A DNA stretch of 16,749 nucleotides from an uncultured bacterium (lineage in GTDB: Bacteria; Caldisericota; Caldisericia; B22-G15). The notes under the pieces are model-generated. The model was not told where the DNA came from. It saw nothing but the letters and a program-made list of their open reading frames with translations, and ran no database searches. Below are positions 14,613-16,749 of this stretch, in pieces. The translations under genes were made by a program, and so were the position numbers. Every line of letters begins with the position of its first letter. Positions within the stretch are counted from its first letter, which is position 1. The stretch covers positions 1 through 16,749 of the forward strand of contig CBFDTJ010000030.1 in assembly GCA_965612865.1 (NCBI GenBank), in the 5' to 3' direction.

Positions 14613-16708
14613 ATGAAAAGGGTCCTGATTCCTATATTAGTAGGAATAATTGCTTTTTCATTTTTGCCACTGGCAGGTTTTTCAGCCGAAAAGAGTACCT
14701 TCCTTAATCTTTCTCTTAATAGTATTGAGGCAAGTGTCTGTCCCGGGGAAAGTGTTCAAACACTTCTTACTGTGAGAGCAGATCCAAGCAATACAGAAGA
14801 CTGTAATATTACTTTAACCCCCAGTGATAAATGGATAATTCTTGAAATAACAAACTTCACGCTGTCGCCAGGGGCATCAAGACAGGTTAAAATAACGCTA
14901 ATTGCAGGTGAAAAAACACCAGGGACATATCAGGGTTCGATAACAATGACATCAAATTGTAAACCAGAGCATGTAGAGATACCTGTGATCCTTCATGTCC
15001 TGGAACCAACATTCTCAGTTTCGCCTCAAACTATAGACCTTGAATTAAAGCCCTATGATGAAAAAATAGTCAATATTTATATCCAGAATGGGAAGTGCAG
15101 TGTCAATTTAACCATTTCATCAACTGCCGATCTTATAGAGGGTAGCTTATTTGGTATAACTTACCAAAAATCCCTATCCCTTTCCCCATACCAGAGAGTA
15201 ATTTTACCTGTAAGGGTAAAAACCAATGGGTTAATGGAAAATAGCATGATTCAGATGTTTTTCGATTCTCCATACACAGAACACTCAGAGACATTTGGAA
15301 CTCAAACAGTAAAAATTAATTTATTAATTCAGATACCAATAACTGTAGAGGGAGAGATTGTTGAAATAAACGAAGATGAAGGATACATAATCATTGAAAC
15401 ACCTGATGGGAAAAGATACAAAATTATCTTGAGAGAAGAGGATAAGGGTAAATATAAAGAAGGAGAATACATAGAGGTGGAAGGAATAAAAATTGGGGAG
15501 AATGAGATTATTCCGGAAAAAATAACTTACATTAAGAAAGAGTGCAATTATAGAATAATTGGGCCTGGAGAAGTAATTTTCTGCCCCTGGTGCCCGGATA
15601 AAGAGAAAGTTACAAAAGCATGGGTTGAGAATACAGGAGAGGTAAATATAGGAGTTAGCATTTCCTGGGATGAGTTTGACGATCCTTTTACAATAACCTT
15701 TAGTCCTCAAAGTTTTTCTCTTGCCCCTGGAGAAGGGAAAGAAATTGAGGTTAAGGTAAAGTTTAAAAATCCTGAAGAACTCACTAACACATATTTTGAA
15801 CAAGATAAATATCCAGTATTTGTTAACTTTTCGGTTACCTGTTTTACCGATCCTCCTACAACTTCAACTCAAAAAGAAACAATGTTTGTAGAAATTTGTG
15901 ATAGAAGGAGAAATATATCAGGAAAGGTAACCTTTAGAACACCTGGAGGCAAAGAGTGCCCTGTAAAGGGAGCAAAAGTTTTCCTACTTATAAAGGACAA
16001 GGTTGAGGGATTAGAATCGTTCTGCCCGGGATTTTTGCTTAAAGAGGAGGGAGAGATACATTCACTCAATGTGGATGATTCCTTTTATGATGGAATTCCC
16101 AGAGACCCCGTATATTATACAAGAACTTACACAGAGGATGATGGGAGTTTTAAATTTGAAGAATTCCTGGATCCCGCATGTAAACACAACTATGCGATAA
16201 TAGTTGTGTTTCAATCACCTGACTCCTTTGGTCCGAATCTTACGTATTGTAATTGTGAAAAAACATTTTTTGTTAGAAAGGATATAAATAAAACTACTTT
16301 TCCATGCTCGCCCACACATTCTGAGGTAGATATTTATATAGGGAAGAAAGGAGATAAAAAGTATGATTCCTCTCTTAAAATGCCTAAAGATTTTAGCTGC
16401 ATAAAGGGAAAGCATTACATCATGAAGTCTCCTCCTACCGGGGTGGATATGGCACAGATATGGTGTCACATTATGGAAAGTTATAAGCTTTTTAAAGATC
16501 TCTATTGTGATAGTGAAGGGGCTTTAAAACCTATGAAGCTTAAAATTTGTGCCTTTAGTAAAGAATTTGATAACAGTGCAAATAAAGGTAAGGGTGCGTT
16601 TTATTATAATGGAGAGATTCATATTGGACCCCTTGATAGTCATCAAGGAGACAATGATGAACCCATGAACAGAGAATGGCATGAGTTTGGACATTACTTG
16701 CATGATTG
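14613..16708 (+). CDS. Large secreted Cys-rich multidomain protein (Ig-like repeats, OB-like module, HEXXH zinc-metallopeptidase motif); 3'-truncated
   Basis: Signal peptide MKRVLIPILVGIIAFSFLPLAGFSA. Repeated F(T/S)L(S/A)PG..(V/I)x(V/I) beta-sandwich motifs, ISGKVTF..PVKGAKVFL..T..DGSFKF prealbumin-like segment, GAFY..IHIG..WHEFGHYLH (16680-16694). The terminal CLLYTSPSPRD* is adapter-derived. Confidence 0.8.
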
Positions 16709-16749
16709 CTGTCTCTTATACACATCTCCGAGCCCACGAGACTAGGCAT
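16709..16749 (-). other. Sequencing artefact: Nextera adapter read-through (mosaic end + read-2 + index)
   Basis: CTGTCTCTTATACACATCT CCGAGCCCACGAGAC TAGGCAT, the exact reverse complement of positions 27-67. Confidence 0.99.

Noticed and set aside
68..16708. CRISPR array, IS elements, integrase or reverse transcriptase
   Set aside because: No regularly spaced direct repeats and no ORF with such motifs found by eye.
27..16749. 41-bp terminal inverted repeats with Tn5 mosaic ends suggesting a composite transposon or linear element
   Set aside because: They include the Illumina read-2 primer and index sequences, with P7 adjoining on the left, and there is no transposase. Library artefact.
16555..16749. 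64-aa minus-strand ORF starting MPSLVGSEMCIRDS
   Set aside because: Its N-terminus is translated Nextera adapter.

Overview
AT-rich bacterial contig, capped at both ends by untrimmed Illumina Nextera adapter (2-67 and 16709-16749, same i7 index), so real genomic sequence is about 68-16708. Left half (minus strand, core-like genes): tandem Spy/CpxP-family protein, tatD, an ABC-2 exporter pair, cvpA, spoIID/lytB, queA, a divergent degV and a truncated, divergent plsY. Three of these genes look leaderless (a -10 box 6-7 nt from the start codon, no SD). Plus strand: a stand-alone chrB-domain gene, tRNA-Cys(GCA) and tRNA-Leu(TAA). An accessory stretch follows the tRNAs: a HARE-HTH + PD-(D/E)xK nuclease (COG2958/HrgA-like) bracketed by degenerate attC-like/cassette-like motifs, an internally deleted tsaA/trmO pseudogene, a preT-preA dihydropyrimidine dehydrogenase operon and a 5'-truncated CobQ-like gene lacking the glutaminase domain. 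The window ends in a large Cys-rich secreted multi-Ig-domain HEXXH metalloprotease-like protein cut by the contig end. All family calls come from motif recognition by eye, not database searches. A thermophilic anaerobe (possibly Caldisericia-like) is only a guess from composition and gene content.
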